A stretch of DNA of 64,000 bases from Paragordius varius. Its lineage: Eukaryota; Animalia; Nematomorpha. Positions within the stretch are counted from its first letter, which is position 1, and every line of letters begins with the position of its first letter. The stretch lies in the NCBI GenBank assembly GCA_964247055.1, contig OZ176050.1:3162001-3226000 (forward strand). Direction: 5' to 3'. The translations under genes were made by a program, and so were the position numbers. Below are positions 37,801 to 51,200 of this stretch, piece by piece. The notes under the pieces are model-generated. The model did no database searches. It had not been told where the DNA came from and was given only the letters and a program-made list of their open reading frames with translations.

Positions 37801-40366
37801 GGGTTTTTTATTATTTTTTATTACACACTTGAAACTCTTGTTAATGTACATAATCTCATTATTAGGAATTAATAAAAAAGATCTCAATAAAAAACCATTC
37901 AAAATTCTTTTGTAGAGATTAGACTTGTATTAATAATAATACTATAGTGTTTATTTCATATGGGAATGTACTTTTACTTAAAATACAATAAAATAATGTA
38001 TTCAAAAATCGGAATTGTTGTGCGGCTTTCTATTAATCTTGTTAAAGGAAATATTAATATTTACATTATGGCTACGCCATTTAAATATATGTTTTTTTTT
38101 CTTTTTACCATTGACTAATTTGTCGCGCACTGTGCCTGTCGATTTTATATGCATATATTTTCTCTAAACGCTATATGAGTATTATATGATTTACATTTTT
38201 GAATGGTGATTAGCCCCTAAATGTAATAGGTAATGGTTTTGATTTTATGCTAAAAATATTTTAGAAATGATATTTATTTAGCTGTTTAGCGGAGTTTGAT
38301 TTAAAATTTATATATGGAAATGACTCCTTGTTCCATGTAGTTTTGATTTTTAATTAATGATTTTCAGATCTGGTAGAAAATGATATTATTATCTTTAATA
38401 TCCATCGTGGCTGTAATAATGATCATTTATTGTGATACAAGTTTCTTATCTTACATCGGAATTTCGATAAAATGATTCTTTTCTAAGTAAAATACAATTA
38501 AAAAAAATTATAAAATTTATCTAATAATAAGCGCATTTTATCATGTTTTATGGATCATTAAACACTAGTATATATATATATGGAATAATTTTTAAAATAT
38601 TTATTGATCATTGGGATTGGGTTTAATTGCATAATTTTTTTAGTTTAATATTAACATTATTTTAGAATTATAAAAGTGACTAAATAAGTGAGTAGTATTT
38701 ATGTCTGAGTGTTTTATCGGTGATTATATAAAATACTAAAAAAAATTCATAGCAAAAAAATGACAAATGGTGGTTGGTTGATTCTTTATTGGTATTACTT
38801 TTTCTTATCTTATGTATGTATATTAAAGGGTTTTTTTACATTTTTTATGAACTTACATTACATTAAATACATAAAATTTATTGTAATGGGATGAAGTAAT
38901 TAGTAAAGGGATATACAAATAATATTTTGGTTGCTTCAAAAAAATTTAATTTTTGGGGAAAATATCTATCTATCTATCTATCCTTCTATATAATTTAAAT
39001 TTGTCCAAATATTTATAAAAACATTCTATCTATATTATATGTTATTCCTCCACCATTCCAAAATCCATAAAAAATTTTATTTTACGCAATATGATTTTGT
39101 TTTTTATAAAATAAGAACTAATTTTGTTTTTTAAAGAAAATGTTTAGTATTGTAGCAAACACCTATATTCTTTATCAAAGGTATACAATTCAAGTTTTTA
39201 AAACAAAAAATACTTCTTTTTATGTGTAAATTTAACAAAATTTCACACTCACATTGTTTTTCATATTAGAGTTTTTGAACTACAGAGAAAATCAATCAGT
39301 ATGAGTTAACTGTTTATAATTTGTGTTGTAATAAAACAAAAAATAAAATTACATTAGCACATATATTTTAATTTTGCATAATTTCCATCTACCTGTCTGT
39401 TTTACCATAGCATTTTTTTAAAAATAATATATTATAGTTGTAAAAAACGGAGTATATGCATGGAATAAATCATATTATAACTTTTACTAATTACCATTTA
39501 TTTATAATATATTATTAAAATATTCAAGTACAACAAATATTATTATCAGTTTGTAATTATAGTTTATAATATCTTATGAATTGTATGATGATGATTTTTT
39601 ATGTTATCAAAAAATTAATATAATAATGATTTGATTAATTTAATAAATAAATCAAACTAAATGTTTAAAAATCATGTAATTTCAAAATCCAAAATTTAAT
39701 ATACCACCTTAACTTTCAATATATATAACATTTTCTTAGATTATTGATATTCTGCGGAGAGGGCTTTATTAATATTTAATCCAAAAAATTGTTATCATTC
39801 TTGAATCCATTGCGCTAATTCACAGGATAAATGCCAAAAAACATGGGTAAAATATTTATTTATATTTTATTAACAAACATTATGATAATTATATAATAAT
39901 TAGGTTTTACAGGGAAAAAATTAAAGTAAATAAATTTTAAATATATTAAGGTATTATGGTTTAAAATTACTGACCCAAAAAATGATACCATTATACTTGG
40001 CCGATAAATAAGGAAAAAATTTGTAAACGAATTGCTTTTTGTCCCTTTAAAATTTAAGAACGATTTAATAAGCAACAATTCTTAAAATTAACAATTGATG
40101 GCATAAATATATTTAATAGCCCAATATTTTGCTTTTATGCTCAAACTCAAACCCTTAATAAACACAAAAATGATCCATAGAAATTTAAACTTAAGACAAT
40201 CAACATTTTTTGATAAGATATACCCCAAGACAACCCAGTAGCTACACTAATTTAAATTCATTAATTATTCAATTTAATATTGATAATCCATCCGTGTTTA
40301 AATATAAAATCTGCAGGTTTTTAACTTATAAATAATTAATATCATTTGGGTATCTATGGTCAAGTC

Positions 40367-40397
<31 letters not shown>

Positions 40398-40562
40398 AAA
40401 CCCAATTTGTTATATTTGCATTTTTAACATGGGATTTAAAAATTTAAATTTAATATATTTATCATTTTAATTTTACATCGGATCTAAAGGCAAAATTTTC
40501 CTATTTGTACCTGTAAAATTTTTTGTTAATATTTAGGTTGCTTTTTCCGAACAATCCTACTT

Positions 40563-43120
40563 ATGCTTTTACCTTGGTTTCTTTTTGTCCTACTGCGTAT
40601 TCAAAAGTGTGATGCAATTACCATCATTTATCCATTTGAAAATATAACACTTGTACAAGGTGACTCAATCTACCTAACATGTAATTCAACACTCGAATCT
40701 GCCAGCATCAGATGGCTCCATGATGGAAAATTAATGTTAAAACAAGGTTAGAAAAAAAAATAGAATTTATAATCTATAAAAATGAACAATATCTTTAAAA
40801 GCACCATCATCAAATTTATATGTTGTAATTTTATGTTGATGCCTTAATTTAGCGTTAAATTACAAATTATGTGTGTAATTATGTGATTAAATTTTATTAG
40901 TCTATTCTTTAATCATAATAATAATAATACAAAAAAATAGCAGTTTCCATAACTATTTGGTTTCTAGGTAAAAAATGCACATTTGTAAAAAAAATGTGTA
41001 AAATAATTATATATGGTATATGCAATACAATTTTTACGAGTGTGTTTCATTTGGTTCATATATATGACCTGTATATATATATATATATATATATATATTT
41101 CTCTTGAGAAGGTTCGAATAACTTTTTTAGTATTTTATATTTTTTTCATACTTTTTTTTGGTATGACAGCGCATTGTTTTCAATATTTATTTATATTGTT
41201 TTGTTCTTAGGCCCCCCTCCAAAATATAAGAATGAATACAAGTATTGTCAAAAATATTTTTAAATGATGTTGTTGACTTTATGCTTTATTTTATCGAAAA
41301 ATTCTTTTAAAAATTTATTCATGGCTAAATTAATTTTTTTACTTAAAGTTTCATATGTATCAAAATGACAAACCACTCATTTTCGGTTCATTTGTCGCGC
41401 ACTTGCGAATTTTTCTTTAATACTAATCCAATACCAGTATAAAATTTCTGCTACATTTTTTAAATTATTACATTTATAGTGTACTTTTTTGTGGAAATAA
41501 AACTTAATTACAGTGTCTACTATTGTATCCTTGGTTTTGCCAGAAAACTCATTCTTAACAACCTATAAAAAAATAAAATATCCAAATATCCTCTCGTTAT
41601 TATATTACGTTTCAAATTTCTAATTTAGTGGTTTGATTACAAATATGTAATTAAAAATGTTTTTTTCTCTAAGATATATGAGGAGATATCTCTAAGTTAA
41701 AACAAAAAAATAAGGCATAAAGAGGATAAAGTTTTGACATTTTAATCCTCCCCTCACATATAATATTGAGTTCATTCATAAAGAATTAACTGGAAAAACA
41801 ACAATTTTTAACATAATATTTATGGTTATCATTAATCCTTTAACTGTTTTTATTACCGTTTTCTAAATAATAAATTCCATTTTGGCAGGAAAGAGATAAG
41901 TTGTGGATTAAGTTTAAACTTTCGATTTAAAAGATAAATTCCCCTAATGTTACGAGAAGCATTCTTATAGGCAAAAATTAGGACAAAATGATTTTGAGAA
42001 AGATATCATAAATAGGAAAAATAGAAATTTAAAATATAGGGGTTGAATAAGGTAAGAACGCAATAGGTTTGTATTATATAATTAAAAAATTGCCATATAT
42101 TTATCTGCTATATCATTTATCAAACTGAATTCCATTGCGCCAAAATAAATATATCAACTATGACAATAATTGAAAAGTATAAAAGTTATATTTGCAGTTA
42201 ATTATAAATATTATAATTTTACAATGAATTTGATGTTAAGCCCTAGGATCTCTCAAATATTATTTCAAGATTTTTAGTGATATAAAAATTTTAAATTAAT
42301 AATATATTTAGTGTTAAAAACCAAAGTACCTTTTTTCAAGAGGAGTTATGGTAAAAATAATAAGCTCACCCGTTGTATTATATTCTTTAATATTAACAAA
42401 TATTTTCCGATTGGACTTTAAGCTAAGAAAATCATATAAGGAATAAAACAATATTTAGCCTTATAGTCAGGATGGTTTCTATAATTTCTTAACATTTGAT
42501 CTATATTATATAGGATCAATTCTCCACTAGTTTAACAGGTGGAAAAAAATTTAAATGGAAATAAAAATGCCCTACGAAGTGATAAGTGTTAAATATTTTT
42601 TGACCCGATGTAACGGAGTTTGTGAGCTTTTCATAACCATATATATTTAATGAATTATTTTTACAAATTTAAATTTTGTACGTTCACACTTTAATGTTAT
42701 TTTGAATTTTATTTAACTTCTAACGATGGTTTTGCGCGATATCTTAAAGTTTTTGTTTAAATTATCTCAAGGACTCTTTCGACAACTTCTATAACCTTGG
42801 TCGCTACCCAATTTCATTTTCATTCATTGTATGTGACCTAAAATTTTAAAATACTGAGATTTCTTTATTTGCTATTTTATTTAACTCCATAATTAACCGA
42901 TCTATGGAGGTTACAATTATTATTACATACATTATCACCTGTAACAAGAAAAACTCAATTACTTTATTGAGTGTAAAATATATTATAATTACAAATCATG
43001 TAATTAATGAATTATAATATTTTTATCTACAAATAAGTATTTTTTAATTCATAAAAAATCGATTTTATCTTCAAATTAACATAATAATTATTTATGTTTC
43101 ATACAAATGACAAGTCACAT

Positions 43121-43164
<44 letters not shown>

Positions 43165-46100
43165 CACAGGTAACATAAAATATAATAATCTATCAATATT
43201 AATCCAACCTAACAGATTTTTAGGGGCTTGTTTTTGACTGAATTATTTATATTTTTATTTGAAAGTTTACGAGTTTTAAGTAAATACTTTAGAAAAAATA
43301 AAAATATTGAATGATTTTTATAATGCTAAAACAATAATTCCAATTTAATATGTTATGAGAATAGTTTTAAGTTTACTTAACATTCATTTCAAGTAATTTT
43401 GATCTGATTTTAGGTAAACTAATATAATGGAAGATGGATTAATTTTGATAATATTTCAATTTTATTAATTCTATTTTCTTGTGTTAAAATAAAATGGATC
43501 TGGTATAAACAATAAGCATACCCCACAATGAACACATTAACTTACACAACTAATATTATTATCATATAAATTGAATTTTTCTGTGAAATTTCTTTTTTTA
43601 GCCTGATCAAAATTTTATTGGTGTTCAAAACAACAAAAATTTTTAAATTATTAATTCCAAATTTATTATTTATTTGTTTGTTAAAATATGGCATGCCCCT
43701 TTTGTCAACATGGAAGTTTTAGCTCGCGCATTTTAATTAAATTTTTTGTTCTTTTGCCATAGGACTCAATCACATCATATCTGCCACTGGTCATTTATAC
43801 ATGAGGGACATAAGAAACGGTCACTCAGGTCATTACAATTGCTTAGCGGTCAATGAAACTGCCAAAGAATTATCCCCAGCCATTAGTGTACACGTTCAAG
43901 GTTTAAAAAATTATTTTACAGTAAAAATTGAAAATATACGGACAAAACGTAAAATTTTAAAGACAAATATTTTTTTTTGAAGGACAACCATACTTTTAAA
44001 TTTTGATTTATTTTAAATATACCTCATGGTTTCAAAATGCAAAGTGTCCGAAATAGAGATATATATTGCTAACACAAACAATTTTATTTTTTTTAATGTA
44101 ATAAAAAGCTAATATGTGAAAAAATTAAGGTTTCCAAAAGATGGTTGTTTTTTTAATAAAAACATTTGTCTTTATATTTTTACGTTTTGTTCGTATAATT
44201 TCAATTTTTACTGTAAATTATAAAAATTTCTACAATTTTATTTTTCTGCATATGAAATGTAGATTTATAATTATAAAATACGACTATATATTAATATTTT
44301 CTCAATATGCCCCTCAAAATTTTACAGGATATATATAAAATTGTCTGAATATGGATAACACTAGTATGATTATGCCCCGTTGAATGGTTTAAAACCCTAG
44401 CAATTGCATAATATTTCTATAATCACTGTCCCGTGTCCCTTTTCAAAATTAAAATCTTTACCCTTTTATAAGAAAAAAAGCATTTCCTACGGGAAAAAAA
44501 TCAAATCTATACAAATTAAGACACATGTTAAATATATATTTATAATATATGACTAGTATGTTCTATTTCAAATGAGATTATATTTATGAAAATAAATAGT
44601 TTTTACGCGAATTTTCGCTATTCAATGTTTTTTCCGATCATATTAGTTCCAGTGGAAATAATTGAAGGACCAGAAAGTCGGAATGTATCTTTCGGGCACA
44701 CAATCACTACATATTGTGTTGCTAGTGGCGATCCCCCACCCTCCCTCACCTGGATTCGTAATGGACAAATCGTAATAGATATCTATATAAATTTTATATT
44801 TTTTTTGGTATTTTTAACAAAAATTTAGGGTAAAATTTTCTGGTTAACCAGATAATTTTAAATTAAAATTATTCCGTTTATATTAATTTTTTTGATTTGT
44901 AATATATGGATTGTGTCAATTTTGATTTAAGTTAGTCATGGGCAAAAAAATATTTTTATAAGATTAATAAAAAAAATTAATATCAATTGCTAAACAACCA
45001 TTCTATATTTAAGAATTATATATATATTTAATTCTCTTTAGCCATCAATTAAAGTTATTTTATATGTATTTGGAATTTATTTGGTTATCGATATTTTTAT
45101 GTTCGTTGTACCGCCACCCAGTGCAACGTATATTTTTTAGTTTTTTATTCTATAATCATAAAGCTATTCCCGATAGTTAAATATGCGAAATACTTTGCGT
45201 TTTATGCAATTTACCAATTTACAGTAAAAACTGATACGGACAAAAAGTAAAAATATAAAGGCAAATATTTTTTTTAAAAGTTTTATAAACCTTAATTTTT
45301 CTCACATAAAACAATGAGTTTTTAAAAATCAAGTTTAAAAAGTATGGTTGTTTTAGAAAAAAACATTTGTCTTTATATTTTTAGATTTTGTCCGTATGAT
45401 TTCAATTTTCACTGTAATGACAACAGGAAAATTAACGCTATTTTGCAGGCTTAAATCTCACGGCTAATTTAAAATGCATGCATAGTAATTGAATTCCATG
45501 TCCGTAATTAACATAAAATGTGATACAACATAATTATTAATAAATAATTAATTCTTAATAAATAATTAATTCTTAATTTGTAGATTTATGATAATTTGAC
45601 TCAGACACCGTATGCCCAACCAAAATTAATGCTAAACGTTACAGAAAATATAGAAATATCTTGCCACGCCTACAATACCCTAGTCGATGGTGTTCATAAA
45701 GCATTACGTTCGGCCCGGCTATTTTCCATCAACGCGATCGAAAGAGCCAAAGATGGTACATTTTTTTTAAAACATTATTCTGTTTTCATATTTCATTTTC
45801 ATATTTCTATTTATCATTATTAGATACAATTTTAGATTTTCCAACCATACCTAATTTTGACCCAAGTTTGAGCCATATTTTCACCAAGAAGGGTAAATTT
45901 TTATCTTCACATTTTTTTATTAAGTCGACCAGCTTATATGTTAAACTTGCAATCCTATATGCTTATAGAAACGTCCTTAAATGAAACCTCAATCACATCA
46001 GAAGGAATTCGAGCTGATTCAAAACCGTATAAAAAATTTAATTTACACGGTGAATATTTTCCATCGCTCAGTGATATCATCATATGGACGGGTGTACCTT

Positions 46101-48091
46101 TGGTCTTGATTTGTACAGCCCTAAGTCTATTTATAGTTTGTAAACGTTGGGTCATCCACAAAATGAACCCATTCGCTTTGCATGATTCGAGCGGGAAAAC
46201 GAGTCATTCCAACAAATCCAGCAGTAGTATGATAACGCAAGATTCATTGCGAATTTTTATATCGGATTTGCCATCAACCGACACGTATTACAATAAAATT
46301 CACAATAATACCATAAGCATAACGAACCAATTGTTTGACAGGATACCGAATTGTGCTTTAAGTGCCGATAGTAATAGATTAAGTTGGATGTCCAAACTTT
46401 TCTTATGGACGCCACGTAAATATAGTCTGGGGAGACAACAGCATACCATAGTTGAGGAGTTGAATCAAAATTATTCAGCATCATCATCACATAACACGTC
46501 GTTATGCACACCCAATAGTGGTGATAGTTTTGCCCTGTTTACCGAATACCCCCGGAATAATCTTATTTACGTAAAAGATTTGGGCCAAGGAGCGTACGGT
46601 CGGGTATTTCAAGCCAGAGCTCCCAATTTGTATCGGAGAGAACCGTGGACTATGGTAGCCGTTAAAATGGTTAAAACACAAGCAGACCTTGAAAAACTTT
46701 TGAATGTTGGTACTTCCAACTTTCCAATCCTAAATCTACAAGATTTGGAAGAGGATTTTTTGCGAGAAGCCAAACTCATGGCTGTACTTCATCATCCCAA
46801 CATCATAAAATTATTAGCTGTATGCTCGATCGGGAAACCGTTATGTCTACTTCTTGAACATATGTGCTATGGAGATTTAAATGCCTTTCTAAAAATGTAT
46901 AATCCATATGGAGAAACACACATACAAATGATCCGAAATGTTGCAGGAGAAGGTGATGCCCAAGACCTGATGAATAAATCGTCAGTGTATGATCCAACCT
47001 TTGCCCGAGATTTGATTCAATCACAAGATCATTTTATACCCTATGAAGTTACACTGAAACGAGGAAACAGTCGTTTACGGCGTAAGAAAAGCCATCGGGG
47101 TTCTATTAGTACAGCTCCTCAATTAAATATTTTTTTCTTAAAACAACAACATAATTATAGCAACAGAAATCTAATGCCAGACATTAATAATAACACCACC
47201 TTTTTACCAGACACTCTAACATTAAATCAAGATTTAGCACCACCACTCAGTATAACGACACTTGATTTATTGTATATGAGTCGGCAAATAGCATCAGGTA
47301 TGCTATACCTTTCTACGAAACAGTACATTCATCGTGATTTAGCCACCAGAAACTGTTTAGTTGGACCAAACTTAACTATAAAAATTTCAGATTTTGGCCT
47401 TTGTAGAAAAATTGATCCAATTTCATGTGCCATGAAGCATGCTCTTACACAGTCTAACCGATTAAATGAAAAAAATGATACTCAGCAGCAACAGTATCAT
47501 TTCAAACGAAACCATAGGAATAATAACTCTAATATCAATACCAATGTTGAAAATAATTGTTTTGTCAATGGTAATAAATCCTTGTTTGATGGTGACACCA
47601 TGCGTAAAGGAAACCGAAATTCATACTTTAATTATTTGGGTGATTTTAGGACCAAAGTAACTCATTCCCGTATGTTCCAAAGTTTTAGTCACAACCACAA
47701 CGTTTCCGACAATGATCCGCTCTACTCCAGTCCGGCCAGTGAATTCGATTACTATCGAACCATGAGGATTCGTGCAATGGCCATACCGGTGCGCTGGATG
47801 CCACCCGAAGCAATCGCTCAAAGTCGGTTTAGCACGGCATCTGATGTTTGGTCTTTGGGTGTTGTACTTTGGGAAATTTTCAGCTTTTCCATCCAACCCT
47901 ACGCTTGGCTCAGGAATAAAACTGAAATCTTAAGCTATTTGCAAACGGGTAATCGCCTGCCACAACCTACTGTTATGCCATTAGCCATGTATAAAAGTAT
48001 CCTACTTCGGTGCTGGAAACATGATCCTCAACAACGCCCATCGTTTAAACAAATCTTAGATATGTTAAATAAATTGGAGACACAATTTTAA
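40563..48091 (+). CDS. MUSK: MuSK/Nrk-family receptor tyrosine kinase (signal peptide, 2 Ig domains, TM, kinase with large inserts), 6 exons, ~948 aa
   Basis: Exons 40563-40746, 43763-43900, 44647-44771, 45584-45755, 45824-45892, 45933-48091, phase-consistent. Ig motifs LTCNS..IRWL / GHYNCLAVN and YCVASGDPPPSLTWIRNG; TM IIIWTGVPLVLICTALSLFIVC; kinase start EYPRNNLIYVKDLGQGAYGRVFQARAPNL...TMVAVKM is MuSK-like; HRDLATRN, DFG, DYY, IPVRWMPPE present. Confidence 0.88.
43919..44213. mobile_element. Family-A Tc1/mariner-type MITE in RTK intron 2
   Basis: TA|CAGTAAAAATTGAAAATATACGGACAAAACG...CGTTTTGTTCGTATAATTTCAATTTTTACTG|TA. Confidence 0.85.
45222..45414. mobile_element. Family-A Tc1/mariner-type MITE in RTK intron 3
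   Basis: TA|CAGTAAAAACTGATACGGACAAAA...TTTTGTCCGTATGATTTCAATTTTCACTG|TA. Confidence 0.8.
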
Positions 48092-48295
48092 AAACAATAA
48101 TATACTCTATTTATATTTGTATGGTTATGTATTTAATTACAAGTTTGCAGCAGAGCTATTAGAAGATTGTGTTTTGTTACATGTCTGCAATCATTAATAT
48201 GTAATGAAAAAAATATTTTATATCGCAATAAATTATTTATATTGAAACATCATATTAAAATATATTTATGTTGGCTATTTATTATATTCCGAAAA

Positions 48296-51200
48296 TCAAA
48301 GGGGTGAATTTATATCTTTGTTTCCTTGGACAATTTTTTCTATTAACGACTGAAACTTTCCTGAGGTATCACCCTATTATTTTAAATATAAATGAATAAT
48401 TGAAATTAAAAAAGTTAAATTAAATTATTAAGTGATTTAAATAATTATCATGTATATTTTAAACGATTTAAAATTAAAAATACTGTTAAAGCTTTGGTCA
48501 AAGATTTTTTGTATTTATCAAAATAGGCATTTTTGATAGTTTCCAAATCAACTTCGCTTCTTGTTGTTAATATTCGAATCAAATTATCTGTATTGGTACC
48601 AAAACCCTATATAGATAAAATTTATATGTCATTTAAATTTAAACGCCCTTAACTTATTAACAGCCTAAAATAATTGTATAATATAAGCAGAAGAGGCCAG
48701 TTCCGTTGTCGGCTAGTTCACAACAACCTTAAAATCAACCCATCAAATTTTAAAATAATTCGTTCTTTGATTAATTTTAAGATTTAATGCCTATTATTAA
48801 TTAATATAATTTGTCAGTTTTTGGCTTACCACTAGTCGCATAATTCCTTATTCAAACAGTACCAGGCACAACCTATAATTTTAAAGGTTAAGTCAAATGT
48901 ATATCAAATAAGGTTAGATAGCCAATGTTCAAAGATTTTATACCTATTTTTACAACTTGTAAATGAATTGATATGATTTAAGTGAAAATAAATTCTTTAT
49001 ATACATACAAATACATCATCGAATAAAAGCTCAACATGACCTTATTCAAAGTAGCTTATATGATAGCATAAATAATTTCAAAAAAATGAAATTTTTGGTG
49101 AAGCCGTAAAAGATAGTTTATAAACAAATTTGATGGCGTTTTTGAAATGTGTAAATAACTAGAGAAATAAGTCAAGATCTTACTGGTAATTATATTAATA
49201 TTTAGAATTTCATAACTCAAATGAAATCCATGATTTACCGGCAAAATACTATTGTGAGAAAATATATTTAATCAAAATGTATCCTACATATTTTCCAATT
49301 AAGCTCGTTAAACAGCGCCTGATGAAGTTCTGAAATGTTTTTGCTATAATAAATATAACTTATATAAATAATCACTGCATACACACGACAGTGTAAAACT
49401 ATTAATATTATGGATATCTTATTCGTAATAGTAAAAATTTCATAGCAATGCATTTTCACGTGGCGAGTTTAATTTTGTCGAAATAAAATGATTAAATCTT
49501 GCTATAAGACATTTTAGAAAAGATGTTTTCATCCAAACGCAACACTTAGCAAACAACATTTTTTCAAGCAAAAACAACTGAATAAATGTTGCGTTTGCTT
49601 ACAAAAGTGTTGAATTTAAATAAAAAATGCTGCTGCTTGAAAAAATGTTGTGTCTGATTCAAATGTTGCGTTTGGTTGAAAAAATGTTTCGTTTGGTTGG
49701 AAAAATGTTGATTTTGACTGAAAAATATGGCTTTAAAAACTTAACGGTCATGACCTTTAACGCAAAGTAAAACTATGTTAACCCTGAATTTCACTTTTTC
49801 GACATAACAAACATTGTCCCTTTCCGCTATAATAAAATGAAAAATTACCTTAACACTGTCATAGAGCTTTTCAGCAAAATAGCTAGGAGTATTACGAATG
49901 ATCCGAACTAAAATTTAAAATAAAAATTATTATTTATGAAAAATTTTTTTACATGCAAATAATATAATGAACATACTAAAGGTTAATAATAATGTTTGGA
50001 ATTTCCCAAAAGTCCTAAGCCTGATTTCATCTTCAATAGATTTTTTTGATAAAATCTGAAATTTGTCAAATATAAGACGCAACTGTGCCGGATTATTTGA
50101 TGTAAAAATATTGATCAGATCATTTTTTGATCCAAAAAGACTGTAAATCCGTGAAACATTAGCCAATGTCTGAATATCAAATTATACATTAAAAATTGAA
50201 ATTATACAAAATTTTATATAAAACAACCATATTATTTAAAATTTGATATTTTTAATATGAGTTACCGTTTTGTTTCGCAAATTAAGAAATCAAATTGTTT
50301 ATATCAGGGGTATCCAACTCGCGGGCCACATGCGGCCGTCTGAGACCTTATGTGCGGCCTGCGAAAATTTTCGAATATAATTCACGAAGATACGCTTAAT
50401 TCTATCCAATCGACAAGAACTAGAAATGAATGTTAGATTGTGTTTTCATTTTGCAATCTTATGCTGAAATCTAATAATTATTTATCAATCTAATGTATTT
50501 CATATGTGGCCCGCCGAAATTTTTTGGGTTGAAATGCTGCCCGCGAAGCCATTTGTAATGGACACCTCGGGTTTATACACTAAACTATATAGTTAAAAAT
50601 TGTTATTAAATAGTTTATGTGGGACAAATTAATGTTTAAAAATGCATAGGGGTCTTTGAAAAATCAAATTTATCTTATGTTTTTACTTATCTCTGCATAA
50701 TATCAAATTTTATTGCAAATGATTAAATTGATAATTTATCACCCGATAATACTTACACTGGCCGCATCGATTGCAGAGTTTTCATTAACATTCATATCCA
50801 ACGTTCTGTTGTCCTAAAATATTTTGTTAATAAAAAATATAAAAAACTTGCAAAAGTGCATCCACAAATGTTTCGATTTTTCCAACTATACCGCGGTTCA
50901 AAGTGTTAACCAAATTTTTCTTGTATTCTATATATTCAAAAAATAATTGTAAAAGTAATTTTAAATTATTCCCATTTTTTTATTGATATATTTAAAAGAT
51001 TGGAAACTTGATTCATATAAAGCTTTCGTAGCTTTCAATTGAACGGGGGAACGCGTAAGCAAGACTTCAGTCAACAAATCCATATCACTTGAAAATCCAG
51101 CAAACTAAATCCGAAAAAATTAATGCTCAAAAAAATTTTAAAAAATAGTTTGAGAATAACCTTATAAAAAATTTTCAATAGATATACAGAAGTTTTTTTT

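Noticed and set aside
49827-49848. Another 22-nt intron in annexin 2 (GTAATTTTTCATTTTATTATAG)
   Set aside because: Splicing here gives RKGTMFVMSKK-stop with no annexin similarity; the acceptor at 48607 restores GFGT. It could only be a minor cryptic site.
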